The translations under genes were made by a program, and so were the position numbers. A DNA stretch of 64,000 bases from a virus, in IMG/VR virus record IMGVR_UViG_3300042309_001835, positions 1 to 64,000 of that record, one strand, 5' to 3'. Each line of letters starts with the position of its first letter. Position 1 is the stretch's first letter. The notes beneath the pieces are model-generated. The model had not been told where the DNA came from, did no database searches, and saw nothing but the letters and a program-made list of their open reading frames with translations. This document shows positions 1 through 9,856 of this stretch, piece by piece.

Positions 1-303
1 AATCAGTACAGTGGATATGCGTTACGTGTAGCTGATGTCAGCAGCGACAGCACATACGAACTGGATGGATCGCGGACGATACAACAAAACAGCAGCGGTT
101 TAACATTTCAGGACATATCGGGACATTATGACTATTTGGGCAATGGTCTCAGGGGTCAAATTCAACTGGGTTTGGATGCCCCCAGGGCTTATCAAATCAC
201 AAACATGGGAGGAGTATATAATGGTTCAGGTATTGACGAGTTGATCTATTCGGAGGTCCAGGGTGTACCAATCAGGATGACAATTGGCCAGGTAACGACA
301 TGA
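1..303 (+). CDS. 5'-truncated virion morphogenesis protein (putative head-tail joining)
   Basis: Frame 1 is open from base 1 to TGA at 301-303, with an ATGA overlap into the next gene; function from context only. Confidence 0.5.
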   Translation, partial: NQYSGYALRVADVSSDSTYELDGSRTIQQNSSGLTFQDISGHYDYLGNGLRGQIQLGLDAPRAYQITNMGGVYNGSGIDELIYSEVQGVPIRMTIGQVTT

Positions 304-830
304 CGAAGGTCAGGATCAGATCTGGGATGAACCTGGCATCGGAGTTTGGGGATAAGTTATCGAATGAAATCAGCAAACAGTTACGGGATCAAAAGATCGA
401 TATAAAATTTGACCTGGCCATTGGTTTCAGATTAACCTATAAGGTGAATAAAGACAGTATTACCAAGATCATATCAGAAATCAACGCAAGGGCAATGGAT
501 ATTGTTGCTGGCGATATAGCGGACGCATTGAATGCTGCCATGAGCAGTGGGATATGGTCGGGTCAGGATCCTGATATTGTTGACAGTGGGGCATTGCTAA
601 GGTCATTGAGGGTGACCAGGGAGGGCAGCGACATACGCATCAGTTATTCGGAGCCATATGCGGCATTGATACATTATGGTGGATATGTAACGCCGTACGG
701 CAACAAGTCAGCGGAGCGTGTGTATATACCGGGGAAACCATGGGCAGAATCATTACTGTTTGGCGGCGGACCAATCGCGCAATATGACTATTCGGCTGCG
801 TATAAAAAAGCACTAGCGAGCATGAATTAA
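300..830 (+). CDS. putative tail completion/neck protein
   Basis: DSGALLRSL...YSEPYAALIHYGG...IPGKPW resembles HK97 gp10-like/virion morphogenesis proteins. Confidence 0.55.
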   Translation: MTKVRIRSGMNLASEFGDKLSNEISKQLRDQKIDIKFDLAIGFRLTYKVNKDSITKIISEINARAMDIVAGDIADALNAAMSSGIWSGQDPDIVDSGALLRSLRVTREGSDIRISYSEPYAALIHYGGYVTPYGNKSAERVYIPGKPWAESLLFGGGPIAQYDYSAAYKKALASMN

Positions 831-919
831 CGAGCATCTGTGGGTAAATGGGTATACTGTACAGTACCACCAGGCAGGACATCCAAAGTGCTGTCTGACA
901 TCAGATCAAAGGTTTAGAT

Positions 920-1522
920 ATGAGCAAGTTACCTTTTGTTGTTGAGCCACGGTTGGCACCACGCATCGAACGTATTGGCTCCGAGGATTCTGGTATCATC
1001 GAGATTGAGCGCAGGGGATATTTAACGAGTGGTGAAAAGAATTTTGTACAACAAATTGCGCAACAAGATACGGGCACGATGCGTTTGATTGAGCTTGCTC
1101 GATTGATTTCCAGGGAATACGACTTGGATTTGGAGTTGGCGTATGATTTATTGATAGCATCAATCACGAATCAGGTGCGAGAAGGTGTACGGGAAACGGA
1201 AATCATTGGTAACATTACGAAAGATTACAGCACCCAGGTACAGGATGTAATCAAAGAGATTGCAATTTCAAAATCAAGGGAAGAATTGGTGATGGCGGCG
1301 TGTCTGATCACGCATCGTGTCAACCGTGATTTTGAAACAGCAGACATCATGGAGGTGCATCCTGATATTATCAGCGCACTGGCGGAATTATACCGTGAAG
1401 AAGAAATGAAATCAATTACACGGTTACTGGGTAATTCCGAGGATGCTGCTGACAAGAAAGCTGATGAGGCAGTTAATATCGAGAAGATCGAAAAAAAGCG
1501 CAAGGTGACCCGAGCGAACTGA
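920..1522 (+). CDS. tail assembly chaperone (gpG-like)
   Basis: Acidic helical protein with an A AAA AAG slippery site near its end and an open -1 frame. Confidence 0.7.
   Translation: MSKLPFVVEPRLAPRIERIGSEDSGIIEIERRGYLTSGEKNFVQQIAQQDTGTMRLIELARLISREYDLDLELAYDLLIASITNQVREGVRETEIIGNITKDYSTQVQDVIKEIAISKSREELVMAACLITHRVNRDFETADIMEVHPDIISALAELYREEEMKSITRLLGNSEDAADKKADEAVNIEKIEKKRKVTRAN
1492..1498 (+). promoter_or_regulatory. -1 programmed ribosomal frameshift site A AAA AAG
   Basis: In-frame heptamer; the -1 frame has no stop from 1498 to 2136. Confidence 0.75.
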
Positions 1523-2136
1523 TACCATTCCAGGAATATTACTGGACACTGAAGTATTCGTTTCCGGGCGACCCTGAGTTCAGTGTAAACAACTATTGGT
1601 TATTACCGTATGAGTACATCATAGGAGCCGTCAGGGCTGTAAATGAGATACGGTTCCAAAGGTTACATGAATACGAAAGGCCGTTTGCGATGTTAGCAGC
1701 ACAGCAAGCGGAAATGAATCGCGATGCAAAGAAAAGGCGCAAACCGTTCGATTTGAATGATTTTTACTTATATGTAGACAGCAATACATCAGACATGCCA
1801 GATGGTATCTATGGTGCTGCGGCAAAACGGTTAATTGAACTGGGCAAATACCCGAGTTGGGCGTTGTTTGTGTACAACGACTTGAAAGTAAATGCAAAGA
1901 ACTGTAAGGCACCAAGTGACGATGATCTAGTGCTGATGAATGACACAGCAGTCATACTAGCGCCCAAGGTTATCGATGGTACGTGTCACGGGATGTTGTT
2001 GGCGCTACGTGATGCGAGCAATCGTATCCTGGAGTTTTCTGATATCACGGGTGAAAACACTATGATACTGAGGATGCCATCCATCGAAGGCCAGGTCACG
2101 GCAAACGAGGACGCGCAACTCAGGATAATAGCCTAG
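1498..2136 (+). CDS. frameshift extension of tail assembly chaperone (gpGT-like)
   Basis: The -1 frame reads AQGDPSELIPFQEYYW... continuously into ORF 1690-2136. Confidence 0.7.
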   Translation, partial: AQGDPSELIPFQEYYWTLKYSFPGDPEFSVNNYWLLPYEYIIGAVRAVNEIRFQRLHEYERPFAMLAAQQAEMNRDAKKRRKPFDLNDFYLYVDSNTSDMPDGIYGAAAKRLIELGKYPSWALFVYNDLKVNAKNCKAPSDDDLVLMNDTAVILAPKVIDGTCHGMLLALRDASNRILEFSDITGENTMILRMPSIEGQVTANEDAQLRIIA

Positions 2137-2538
2137 TTAAGCTGCGTCTTTTTCTGGTGCCATTTGTGGTGACCAGTTACCATTAAGCCACTGTCCAATG
2201 CGCCATTCAGCGATTGGGCTGTAGAATGATTGCTGGCGGTACCACGTTTTCCAATCCTGGGAGGCCTTTGAGTGATTACAGGATACGCAAGCTGGTGTTA
2301 TGTTATTGGTGCGATCTGGACCACCTCTGGATTTCGGCCTGATGTGATCTATTGTCAGACTCAGGTCGTCTATTGGCGGTTTGCCGCAATAAGCGCAACG
2401 ATAGTTCCAGGCCCTTTTGATTGATTCTATCCATTGTTTGCGTGCCTCTTTGCGTGTTAAAGCAGACATGTTCGACAAATAATCAGATGGGTACTGGTAC
2501 AATGGCAAATCAACGATGCCATCTAGCCGTCCATTCAT
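2137..2538 (-). CDS. HNH endonuclease
   Basis: CAYCG...TIDHIRPKSRGG...N...CVSCNHSK motif. Confidence 0.9.
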   Translation of the reverse strand: MNGRLDGIVDLPLYQYPSDYLSNMSALTRKEARKQWIESIKRAWNYRCAYCGKPPIDDLSLTIDHIRPKSRGGPDRTNNITPACVSCNHSKASQDWKTWYRQQSFYSPIAEWRIGQWLNGNWSPQMAPEKDAA

Positions 2539-2671
2539 TTGTGTTACTTGTCCGTGAAATACTTATCCGTTAATTGCAATACTGTATGGCAAGTGTCGAT
2601 ATAGCGGACCAAGTGAAGCTCTAGGTTGGCCATGGCTTGGTATTCGACTGTTGATATATGATTCCTAGCGA

Positions 2672-2935
2672 TCAGTCGCCTGCAGGCCGATTACTGTTTA
2701 TTTTTGCCTGTTTTTCCTGTAATCTTTTTGCTAATTTTTCTCGTCTGAAATTTATCAATTGTGCCTGTTTTTCTAGCTCGGCGGACTGCTCTCGTGTCAC
2801 TTCTACGACTTTAATAGAACCGTAATCTGCGACAATTGTGCCAACATCTAAATTGGTGCTATATTCTGCGGCGGCGGGGGAACTCAGTGGATCGGGGCAA
2901 GAAATTACCGGTTCCAGGTCAGCGGGAGTATCCAT
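2672..2935 (-). CDS. hypothetical protein
   Basis: 87-aa ORF filling the gap, C-terminal coiled coil. Confidence 0.5.
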   Translation of the reverse strand: MDTPADLEPVISCPDPLSSPAAAEYSTNLDVGTIVADYGSIKVVEVTREQSAELEKQAQLINFRREKLAKRLQEKQAKINSNRPAGD

Positions 2936-3013
2936 AAGTTAATAGCAACACAATAGTTAACCAATAATCCACTGCAGAACAGGAAACATAGAGCATCCCG
3001 ATAGGCATATGCA

Positions 3014-3466
3014 GTGACGCAACAACTGGTAACATCACCAGAGGTGATATACGACACCTTGACTGGTGACAGTACTTTTATGAGTTATGTTGGAAGTTAT
3101 GTGTTCACAAATAGCAACACAACTCTTGACTCCATCAGTATTTTAAGCCCCGGCCAGGACTTGCCACGCCTGAAATCAGTCAACGGCATGGAAGTAGTCA
3201 TACATGACGTCGGCCCAATCAATCGAATTGACTATATAAGTGACGCATCAAGCAGTCTGGTTACATGGAAGTGCTATTTAATAGCATGGGAAGGAGCAAC
3301 TGGCGGCACACTGATGGCAGCAATGCGCCGCATGATTGAACTATTCAGTGGTGCGCGATCAATTGAAATTACGCCAGCCAGTATTGACGCAGTTGGATCG
3401 GAATTAAGAGCATTAACACAAATTTTGGTTACTATTCCTGAGAATTCTATTGTGATTCCACAATAG
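3014..3466 (+). CDS. putative tail terminator protein
   Basis: 150 aa, directly upstream of the tail tube gene, preceded by the late motif. Confidence 0.5.
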   Translation: MTQQLVTSPEVIYDTLTGDSTFMSYVGSYVFTNSNTTLDSISILSPGQDLPRLKSVNGMEVVIHDVGPINRIDYISDASSSLVTWKCYLIAWEGATGGTLMAAMRRMIELFSGARSIEITPASIDAVGSELRALTQILVTIPENSIVIPQ

Positions 3467-3546
3467 TACACCACTTAGTATTCCAAAATCAACAATTAAC
3501 CATGTAATCGCCAGTAATCAAGCATATTTTGGAACTCTAGGGTAAC

Positions 3547-3602
3547 GGGGTGGTACTGCCCCGGATTGTCCCTTCGCCCCGGATGATCTCCGGCAGGACC
3601 CT
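3547..3602 (+). promoter_or_regulatory. long 5'-UTR hairpin of tail tube gene
   Basis: GGGGT/ACCCT, CTGCC/GGCAG and GGATTGTCC/GGATGATCT pair; ends just before the TTG start. Confidence 0.55.
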
Positions 3603-3603
3603 C

Positions 3604-4215
3604 TTGGCTAATTATAGTGCAGCTTTTGGGTACGACGTGTACATGGTACCCCTGGCCCTTTCTTCTGTTGACACGGCTTTCACTGGCGTTACTGCCGGCA
3701 TTGATGCTAGCGGTGGTTTCATCGATCTTGGCACCAGCAATGCCAATGTCCTGGCAGCCAACAGTACCGTCGCTTATTCTGACGGTATCTTCACCGTTGA
3801 AGGCAGTGCATTCGCCATGGATGGCACTGATGAAATCGTGCGTCTGTATGGCCTGACCAATGCCAGCCTGGAGACTGATACGAACTCCGAGGATATCGTT
3901 ACTTACGACTCTGAGACCAAAGGTTTCAACGTCAGTATCGCTACTTCCAAGACCTGGAGCGTTTCGCTGTCTGGCGTGGCCGACTTCAAGGACGCTGGCT
4001 ACCAGATCCTGCGTCTGACGGAACAGAATACGGTGGCAGACGGCCTGCGTGTGAAGTTCGTGCGTCGTGGCCCCACAGGCACCGAAGAGACGGTGTATGG
4101 CTATGGCACCCTCCAGGGTTACACGGAAGCGATTGAAGCCGGTTCTATCGTGTCCTGGGAAGCAACCGTGCAGGGTTACGGCCCTTATCGCATCGACATC
4201 GATGCCAATGCGTGA
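3604..4215 (+). CDS. major tail tube protein (probable TTG start, MANYSAAF...)
   Basis: TSKTWSVSLSG and VSWEATVQGYG resemble tail-tube family; strong codon bias; terminator follows; upstream of tape measure. Confidence 0.8.
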   Translation: MANYSAAFGYDVYMVPLALSSVDTAFTGVTAGIDASGGFIDLGTSNANVLAANSTVAYSDGIFTVEGSAFAMDGTDEIVRLYGLTNASLETDTNSEDIVTYDSETKGFNVSIATSKTWSVSLSGVADFKDAGYQILRLTEQNTVADGLRVKFVRRGPTGTEETVYGYGTLQGYTEAIEAGSIVSWEATVQGYGPYRIDIDANA

Positions 4216-4244
4216 TATGCAGGCCTGAAGTCAGTCTGTCTAAT

Positions 4245-4268
4245 GGCCCTCCTAACGGGGGGCTTTTT
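4245..4268 (+). terminator. intrinsic terminator
   Basis: GGCCCTCC-TAAC-GGGGGGCT followed by a T-tract. Confidence 0.8.
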
Positions 4269-4336
4269 ATTGGTAAAATATCAGTTTATTTTGGTTTGAT
4301 ATCGGCACTATAAAACATAGGATTGTATAACCGCTG

Positions 4337-7300
4337 ATGGCTGCCAACGATTCCATAGTCCTTGGCATAAAGACAGAGGATCGTGGTGCAGCGGCTGGGC
4401 TTATCCAGGCACTGGAAAAGGCGGGTCCAGAAGCGCGTGACGCATTACTTAATGCGCTTGGTGACAAGGCGGGTAAAAAGGCTAGTCTTCAATTAGTAAT
4501 CAAACCAGCCTTTGAAGGAGAGGACTTAGATAAGGTATTCAAGGGTTGGAATTATTCCCTTCAGGAAACTGGTTCATTACAAGACGAGCTAGCGAAGAAA
4601 GCGGAGCGCCTTCAAGGCATAGAGAAGGGCAGCCTGACAAATCTCAGGGCGCTGGTAAACACATACAAACAGCAGCGAGACGCCCTATCGCCAACGTTAA
4701 CTGCCACTGACGGCCTTGGCCGAAGGGTAAACGTTGTAAACCAAGAGTGGGCGAATGCGAATGCCAAAGTAGAGAAATTCAGCCGCTTATTGAACATAGC
4801 TGGAGCGTCTAATTTCTGGGATCGCATTAAAGCGGAGCTGAATCTGGGCCCACTACTGGCGGCCGGTCGTGCGGTAAGTGACCTGGTCAATACGTTCCAA
4901 AGTTTGTCTATTATATTCGGACAAGTACAGGGCGTATTTAATACTTTTATTGATTCCCTGGGCAGGATACAGCAAGTTGACCTATTGTTCAGAAGTATTG
5001 GTCAAGGACCAGCGGATGTTGCCACTGTTTTCAGCGATTCAACCAAGATTGCCCTGACATATGGCACCAGTCTTAATGTAATCCGAGAGGGCTTTGCCCA
5101 ATTAACACCAGCCGTTGTTGCCGCCGGTGGCAATATCAACGATGTGTCTGGCATTGTGGCTGCTTTGTCAAGCAGATTTGCTGTTTTTGGACTTGGCGCT
5201 GACAAAACACAGCGCATAATGAATGGCGTCATCCAGGCCTTTGGTAAAGGCAAGCTGATGGCTGAAGAATTAAACCAGCAAATAGCAGAAGCCGACCCTG
5301 CGTTTCGTATTGACCTGGTAAATGCCTTAAACAAGCTAGATCCTAAGCTGAAATTAACCACAGCCGGCTTAGGCGAAATGGTGAAGAATGGGGAATTAAC
5401 AAACGATGTGCTGCTTAAGGTGTTGCCTGCGATGGGGAAAACCTCGTCAACTTTTGGCGCCCTGGGCAAAAGTGCGCTTAGTGCGTCTGTTGCATTGCTC
5501 AGGAATGCAGTAACAGTTGAACAGGTCAAGAATCAAATCGCTACACTGAATCAGTTAAACCTGGAGAGTTTAGCCAATCTGTTTAAGCCGTTACTGGGCT
5601 CATTTCTGGCTATTCAAGCCGCCGTAACAGATTTTACTACCGACATATTAAAGCTAGAGGTGACCAGGACTCTGATAGAGATATTTAACAACCTGGCTAT
5701 TGTTATTGCCGCCACAACTGTAGCCATCACGAAGCTGATAACAATTGTTGGAGCCGTCCTTAACCCATTCTTTGGTTTAATAAATGCTGTAGATGGCTTA
5801 CTTGGCGGGCTGATCGGCCTCAGGCCCATTGTGACTCTTATTGGCGTCATTATCGCCGCAAATCTCACTAGAACACTGCTCACTGCTGCCCTTAGCTTCA
5901 AGGCCGTTTCTCAGGCGACTCTATTGTTCGGCAATGTACTGAAATCGACCGCTATTGGCAGCGTAGCTGGCTTCAGGACTGCTATACTTGGTCTGACGAC
6001 TATACTTAATGGCAACTTCCTTGATGGCCTTAAGGGATTCGCCAATGGCATCGGCGGATTCAATTTCCAGCTTGGAAAGACGAAGGGTGCAGCCGGTGCG
6101 GCGAAGGGTGCAACCAGTGAATTTTCTAACATACTGGGCCTTTTGCCGGGGGCATACGCTGATGCTGTTATCGCCCAGGAAGCGTTTAATAATGGCAGCG
6201 ACAAACAAAAGAATAACCTAGACAAGCAGGGCAAAGCTGCAGGTGGCGCGACGAAGGCTACACAGGGAATAGCCACCGCTACTGGCGACGCCGCGGTTGC
6301 TGCTGGAGGCGCTGCTAGCCTTTTTGGCCTAAGCGCCACTGCCCTGGCCGCATTGGCCGTTACTGCCGCTGTCTCAGTTGCTGCATGGAGTGTATACGAA
6401 AAAAGCCTGAAGAGCGCCTGGGAGACGGGTGAAACACTGAAGGCAGGGCTAAAGTCCATAAAACAAGAGCTGGAAAACCAAAAAACCGCACTAGCCAGCA
6501 CCGCAGACGGTACGGACACTTTTGCGAAGGAACTGAAAACAGCCAAGGGTGAAGTAAACAGCATAAAAGCCGGCCTTTTGGCCATTGCTAAATTTGTATT
6601 TCCTGTTTTTACGGTATTTGTAAAAAGCGATGTCGACACCGTAGCTGACATAGCGAATAACCTTGGTGAGGTAAAGACTGTACTAAAGGAAGTAGATATT
6701 GAAACAAACAAAGTAACGACGGATCTGAAAAAGTATAATTCCGAGACCGCCAGCGAAAAAACTACGGCACTACTAAAGGCCAGGGTGACGGCTCAACTGC
6801 AATCATATGATCTTATCATTCAAAAGCTGGGCCAAGTCAGGCAGGAAAAGTTAAAGGAGGCCAAATCTACTGGTGGAGGAGTTAGTCAACAAGAAGCCAA
6901 AGCGTTAAATCAATTAAGCAAAACGCTGGACGAGGCCAAGGCCAAGAGAGAAGCGCTGAGAAAAGAAGCCGAAAGCAAGGGTATAAATATAACGGTAAAT
7001 GACACCGAATTGAAAATAGGCACTCAAAGTCTTGCGTTGCTACAAGAACGAATCAAGACCTTGAAGGCAACAAAAGCAGAGGCAACGATTGGAACAAAGG
7101 GCTACAAGGAGGCCGAGGCACAAATTAAAAGCCTGGAAGGCCTGCTGAAGCTACTTGAATCAGACCCAACCGAAGTCCGAATAAAAGTCAATTACGACAT
7201 AAGTAAAGGGCAACTGGAATCTGCCGTAAGTCAAGCGCAGGCATTGGTTGAGCAATTCAAAGCTCGCCAGGATTTAATAGAATCAGGATATGACATTATA

Positions 7301-9106
7301 AAGGCTGAGATTGGAGCACGAATTACCGCCGCCAAGGATGAGCTAGATGTATTGAAGGACCGAAAGGCCTCCTCAGGCGCAATAAAAGCAAAAGAAGAAG
7401 AAATTGAAGCACTTAAGAAACAGGCAGATAATGTTGAACGTGCGGGGTTAGTCAACAGGCTGAACAGTCTTGGTCAAGCGCAAAAACTAGAGCAAGAAGT
7501 ACTGCGGTTAAAGCAACAGCAAGCCGCGCTAGATATTCAAAACAAAGTCCGCGAAGCAAATATTAAGTTAAATGAAGCTCAGCAGGTAATCAATCAAGCG
7601 GAAGCTGAGCGCAATAAAGCCGTCAGCAGGGGTGTTTCGGGTGAAGCGCTTCAAGGTTATCAGCGTAATGTTGATTTAGCAAGAGAAAACTATGGCCTTC
7701 AGCTTGATATATTGAACGCCGAAAAATCAAGGCTGAATTCATTACGGCAAACGCAATCAATAGAAACTGAAACACTGGGGATAAAGCAAAAGACCGAGGA
7801 AGTTACCTTGAGATCCAAGGTAGCACAACTTGACACAGCTAAAGCAACAGCTCAAACCGCAGTAGCGACGGGATTGATAAGTAATGCCACCCAGGCAGTA
7901 TCCAGTGGTTTCATTCAAGTCGGCGATCAGGTAAAGCAACTCCCTGCCTCGGTTCAGGCTGCTAGCTCCAGCATTCAGGCAAGCGCCGCCACCGCTACTG
8001 CCGCTGTGCTGGGCTCTGCGGAAGCCTATAGCAGGGTTTCGGCCGGCGCGAATGCAGCGACCAGTGCTACTGCCGCCTTAGCCGGCAACATCGTATCATC
8101 CAGCGACAGCGCAAGAAGCAGCGTTGGTCAACTGGGAGACGAGATTGGCGGGGTTGCTGGGGAAGCCGCTAGAGCTTCTTCTGGGTTCAGTGGTATCAGC
8201 AGTGCCGCCCAGGCTATTAACACTCAGCGTTTGGCTGAACTAAAAGCCACTCTTTCGGACTCCAAGGAAGAAGCATCTAATGTTGCTGCAGAGCTTGCAA
8301 ATACTGGTTCAGTCGGCGGCGCCCTGGCTTCGTCTATTCAGCCCTTTACTAACAGCATAAGCGCCACCAAGGATGCCACGAACACCCTGTCCGATTCAAT
8401 ATCCAAACTACCAACAGATGCTGCGGCCGGTCTTTCTGACTCGTTCGAGGGAGCAGCAATCAGTGCGGGCCTAATAGCTAGTGCTGATATTGGTGGATCC
8501 GTTGGTGCAGCAACAAGAAACAGTGGCGCATTCAGAGACAGCATGTTAGGGGCCGAGGGGGCTGTCGATGGTATCAGATCAAAGTTACTAGAGCTTGATG
8601 GCTTAACAGTTAATGTCAAAGTTGGCGTTGAGGGTGGAGTGCCCGCAAGATGGGCTGGCGGTCCGGTATCGGCTGGGACAATGTATCGAGTAAACGAACT
8701 AGGGAAAGAATCGTTCCTGTCTGCTGGCGGCAGGTTGTCTGTTATCAACCGACCGGAAAACAGCACATGGAGACCGCCTACCTCTGGTACGATCATACCG
8801 GCACACCTGACTGCTGCGCTTGACATCCCACGAGGTGGAATCAAGCTGCCATCTGGCGCTTCTTCTCGTCTGCACAGGGCGTCTCGTGCCACCGGCGGCA
8901 GTCGTAATGTCTCCGATGCTGTCAAGGCAATTGCTGTGAATATGGACACTGGTTACTTGGCACGGTCCCAGGCGACTCAGGCGCAGCAATTAGGCAAGTT
9001 AACCATGGCCATAAACGAATTAACAAGAAAGAACTGGAACGTTGATGTAAAAGTCAGGAATACTGGTAGTACAGCTTACTTGGACGCCTTAAACCAGAGA
9101 CTGTAA
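4337..9106 (+). CDS. tape measure protein
   Basis: 1589 aa, Ala-rich helical; QAFGKGKLMAEELNQQIAE tape-measure domain; C-terminal GGPV..G..YRVNE.G.E motif. Confidence 0.93.
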   Translation: MAANDSIVLGIKTEDRGAAAGLIQALEKAGPEARDALLNALGDKAGKKASLQLVIKPAFEGEDLDKVFKGWNYSLQETGSLQDELAKKAERLQGIEKGSLTNLRALVNTYKQQRDALSPTLTATDGLGRRVNVVNQEWANANAKVEKFSRLLNIAGASNFWDRIKAELNLGPLLAAGRAVSDLVNTFQSLSIIFGQVQGVFNTFIDSLGRIQQVDLLFRSIGQGPADVATVFSDSTKIALTYGTSLNVIREGFAQLTPAVVAAGGNINDVSGIVAALSSRFAVFGLGADKTQRIMNGVIQAFGKGKLMAEELNQQIAEADPAFRIDLVNALNKLDPKLKLTTAGLGEMVKNGELTNDVLLKVLPAMGKTSSTFGALGKSALSASVALLRNAVTVEQVKNQIATLNQLNLESLANLFKPLLGSFLAIQAAVTDFTTDILKLEVTRTLIEIFNNLAIVIAATTVAITKLITIVGAVLNPFFGLINAVDGLLGGLIGLRPIVTLIGVIIAANLTRTLLTAALSFKAVSQATLLFGNVLKSTAIGSVAGFRTAILGLTTILNGNFLDGLKGFANGIGGFNFQLGKTKGAAGAAKGATSEFSNILGLLPGAYADAVIAQEAFNNGSDKQKNNLDKQGKAAGGATKATQGIATATGDAAVAAGGAASLFGLSATALAALAVTAAVSVAAWSVYEKSLKSAWETGETLKAGLKSIKQELENQKTALASTADGTDTFAKELKTAKGEVNSIKAGLLAIAKFVFPVFTVFVKSDVDTVADIANNLGEVKTVLKEVDIETNKVTTDLKKYNSETASEKTTALLKARVTAQLQSYDLIIQKLGQVRQEKLKEAKSTGGGVSQQEAKALNQLSKTLDEAKAKREALRKEAESKGINITVNDTELKIGTQSLALLQERIKTLKATKAEATIGTKGYKEAEAQIKSLEGLLKLLESDPTEVRIKVNYDISKGQLESAVSQAQALVEQFKARQDLIESGYDIIKAEIGARITAAKDELDVLKDRKASSGAIKAKEEEIEALKKQADNVERAGLVNRLNSLGQAQKLEQEVLRLKQQQAALDIQNKVREANIKLNEAQQVINQAEAERNKAVSRGVSGEALQGYQRNVDLARENYGLQLDILNAEKSRLNSLRQTQSIETETLGIKQKTEEVTLRSKVAQLDTAKATAQTAVATGLISNATQAVSSGFIQVGDQVKQLPASVQAASSSIQASAATATAAVLGSAEAYSRVSAGANAATSATAALAGNIVSSSDSARSSVGQLGDEIGGVAGEAARASSGFSGISSAAQAINTQRLAELKATLSDSKEEASNVAAELANTGSVGGALASSIQPFTNSISATKDATNTLSDSISKLPTDAAAGLSDSFEGAAISAGLIASADIGGSVGAATRNSGAFRDSMLGAEGAVDGIRSKLLELDGLTVNVKVGVEGGVPARWAGGPVSAGTMYRVNELGKESFLSAGGRLSVINRPENSTWRPPTSGTIIPAHLTAALDIPRGGIKLPSGASSRLHRASRATGGSRNVSDAVKAIAVNMDTGYLARSQATQAQQLGKLTMAINELTRKNWNVDVKVRNTGSTAYLDALNQRL

Positions 9107-9855
9107 TGACCGTAACCATCTCCAGTCTGACCATAGATAAATTAACGGCGCAGCCATTTGGGTATGACGATCAAGGGGTTCTGGTAGGTCGCACTTCGCG
9201 CAAATTCAGCATAACCGGACTGGTTACGCCTAGTGAATGGTTGGATCTCGTAGATATTTACGATACTTGGCGCAACACCAGAATAGACGAACAGGATCCA
9301 GCCATCTCTGGTGTACTCGGTAGCACTGTTGGCTTCAGTGGTACCGGTCCAGGTAGTCAGACATGGACTGATATTGAATGCTGGTTTATCAGTGCGCCAA
9401 GTGCTGAGCAAGCGGGTGCATGGCTGTCTGTAAATGTCGAACTAGTAGACGCAGGGCAAGCCTTAGAAGTAATACTGAAGCAACAATTAGACGAGTCAGG
9501 GCAGAGCGAACTGAAGCCTGATTTTGGTACTATTACGCTTAGCTCTACGACTTTAACATTAACAAAACCGGTTGATACCTATGGTCCAGGCCCAACTCTG
9601 GAATTGACGGCCGCCGGTACCCATTACCTGTCTGGCCCTTTGACAGTATACAAAATAAAAGACGTCGAGGGAACTACAAATTTGGCAGGTTGGGATGATG
9701 TACGCAGTTGGTATGAAAGTCAAATTGTGGCAGTACCACTTACTGGCAGCTATTTTCCAATAAGTCCACCAACTGCGACGGCTGAGCGCAAGATAATCAG
9801 CGGAAGTCCAACGGATGTCTATACGGTGTCGATTCAACTTGGGCTGGTGATGTAA
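9106..9855 (+). CDS. distal tail-like protein
   Basis: Coupled to the TMP stop codon, beta-rich. Confidence 0.55.
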   Translation: MTVTISSLTIDKLTAQPFGYDDQGVLVGRTSRKFSITGLVTPSEWLDLVDIYDTWRNTRIDEQDPAISGVLGSTVGFSGTGPGSQTWTDIECWFISAPSAEQAGAWLSVNVELVDAGQALEVILKQQLDESGQSELKPDFGTITLSSTTLTLTKPVDTYGPGPTLELTAAGTHYLSGPLTVYKIKDVEGTTNLAGWDDVRSWYESQIVAVPLTGSYFPISPPTATAERKIISGSPTDVYTVSIQLGLVM

Positions 9856-9856
9856 C

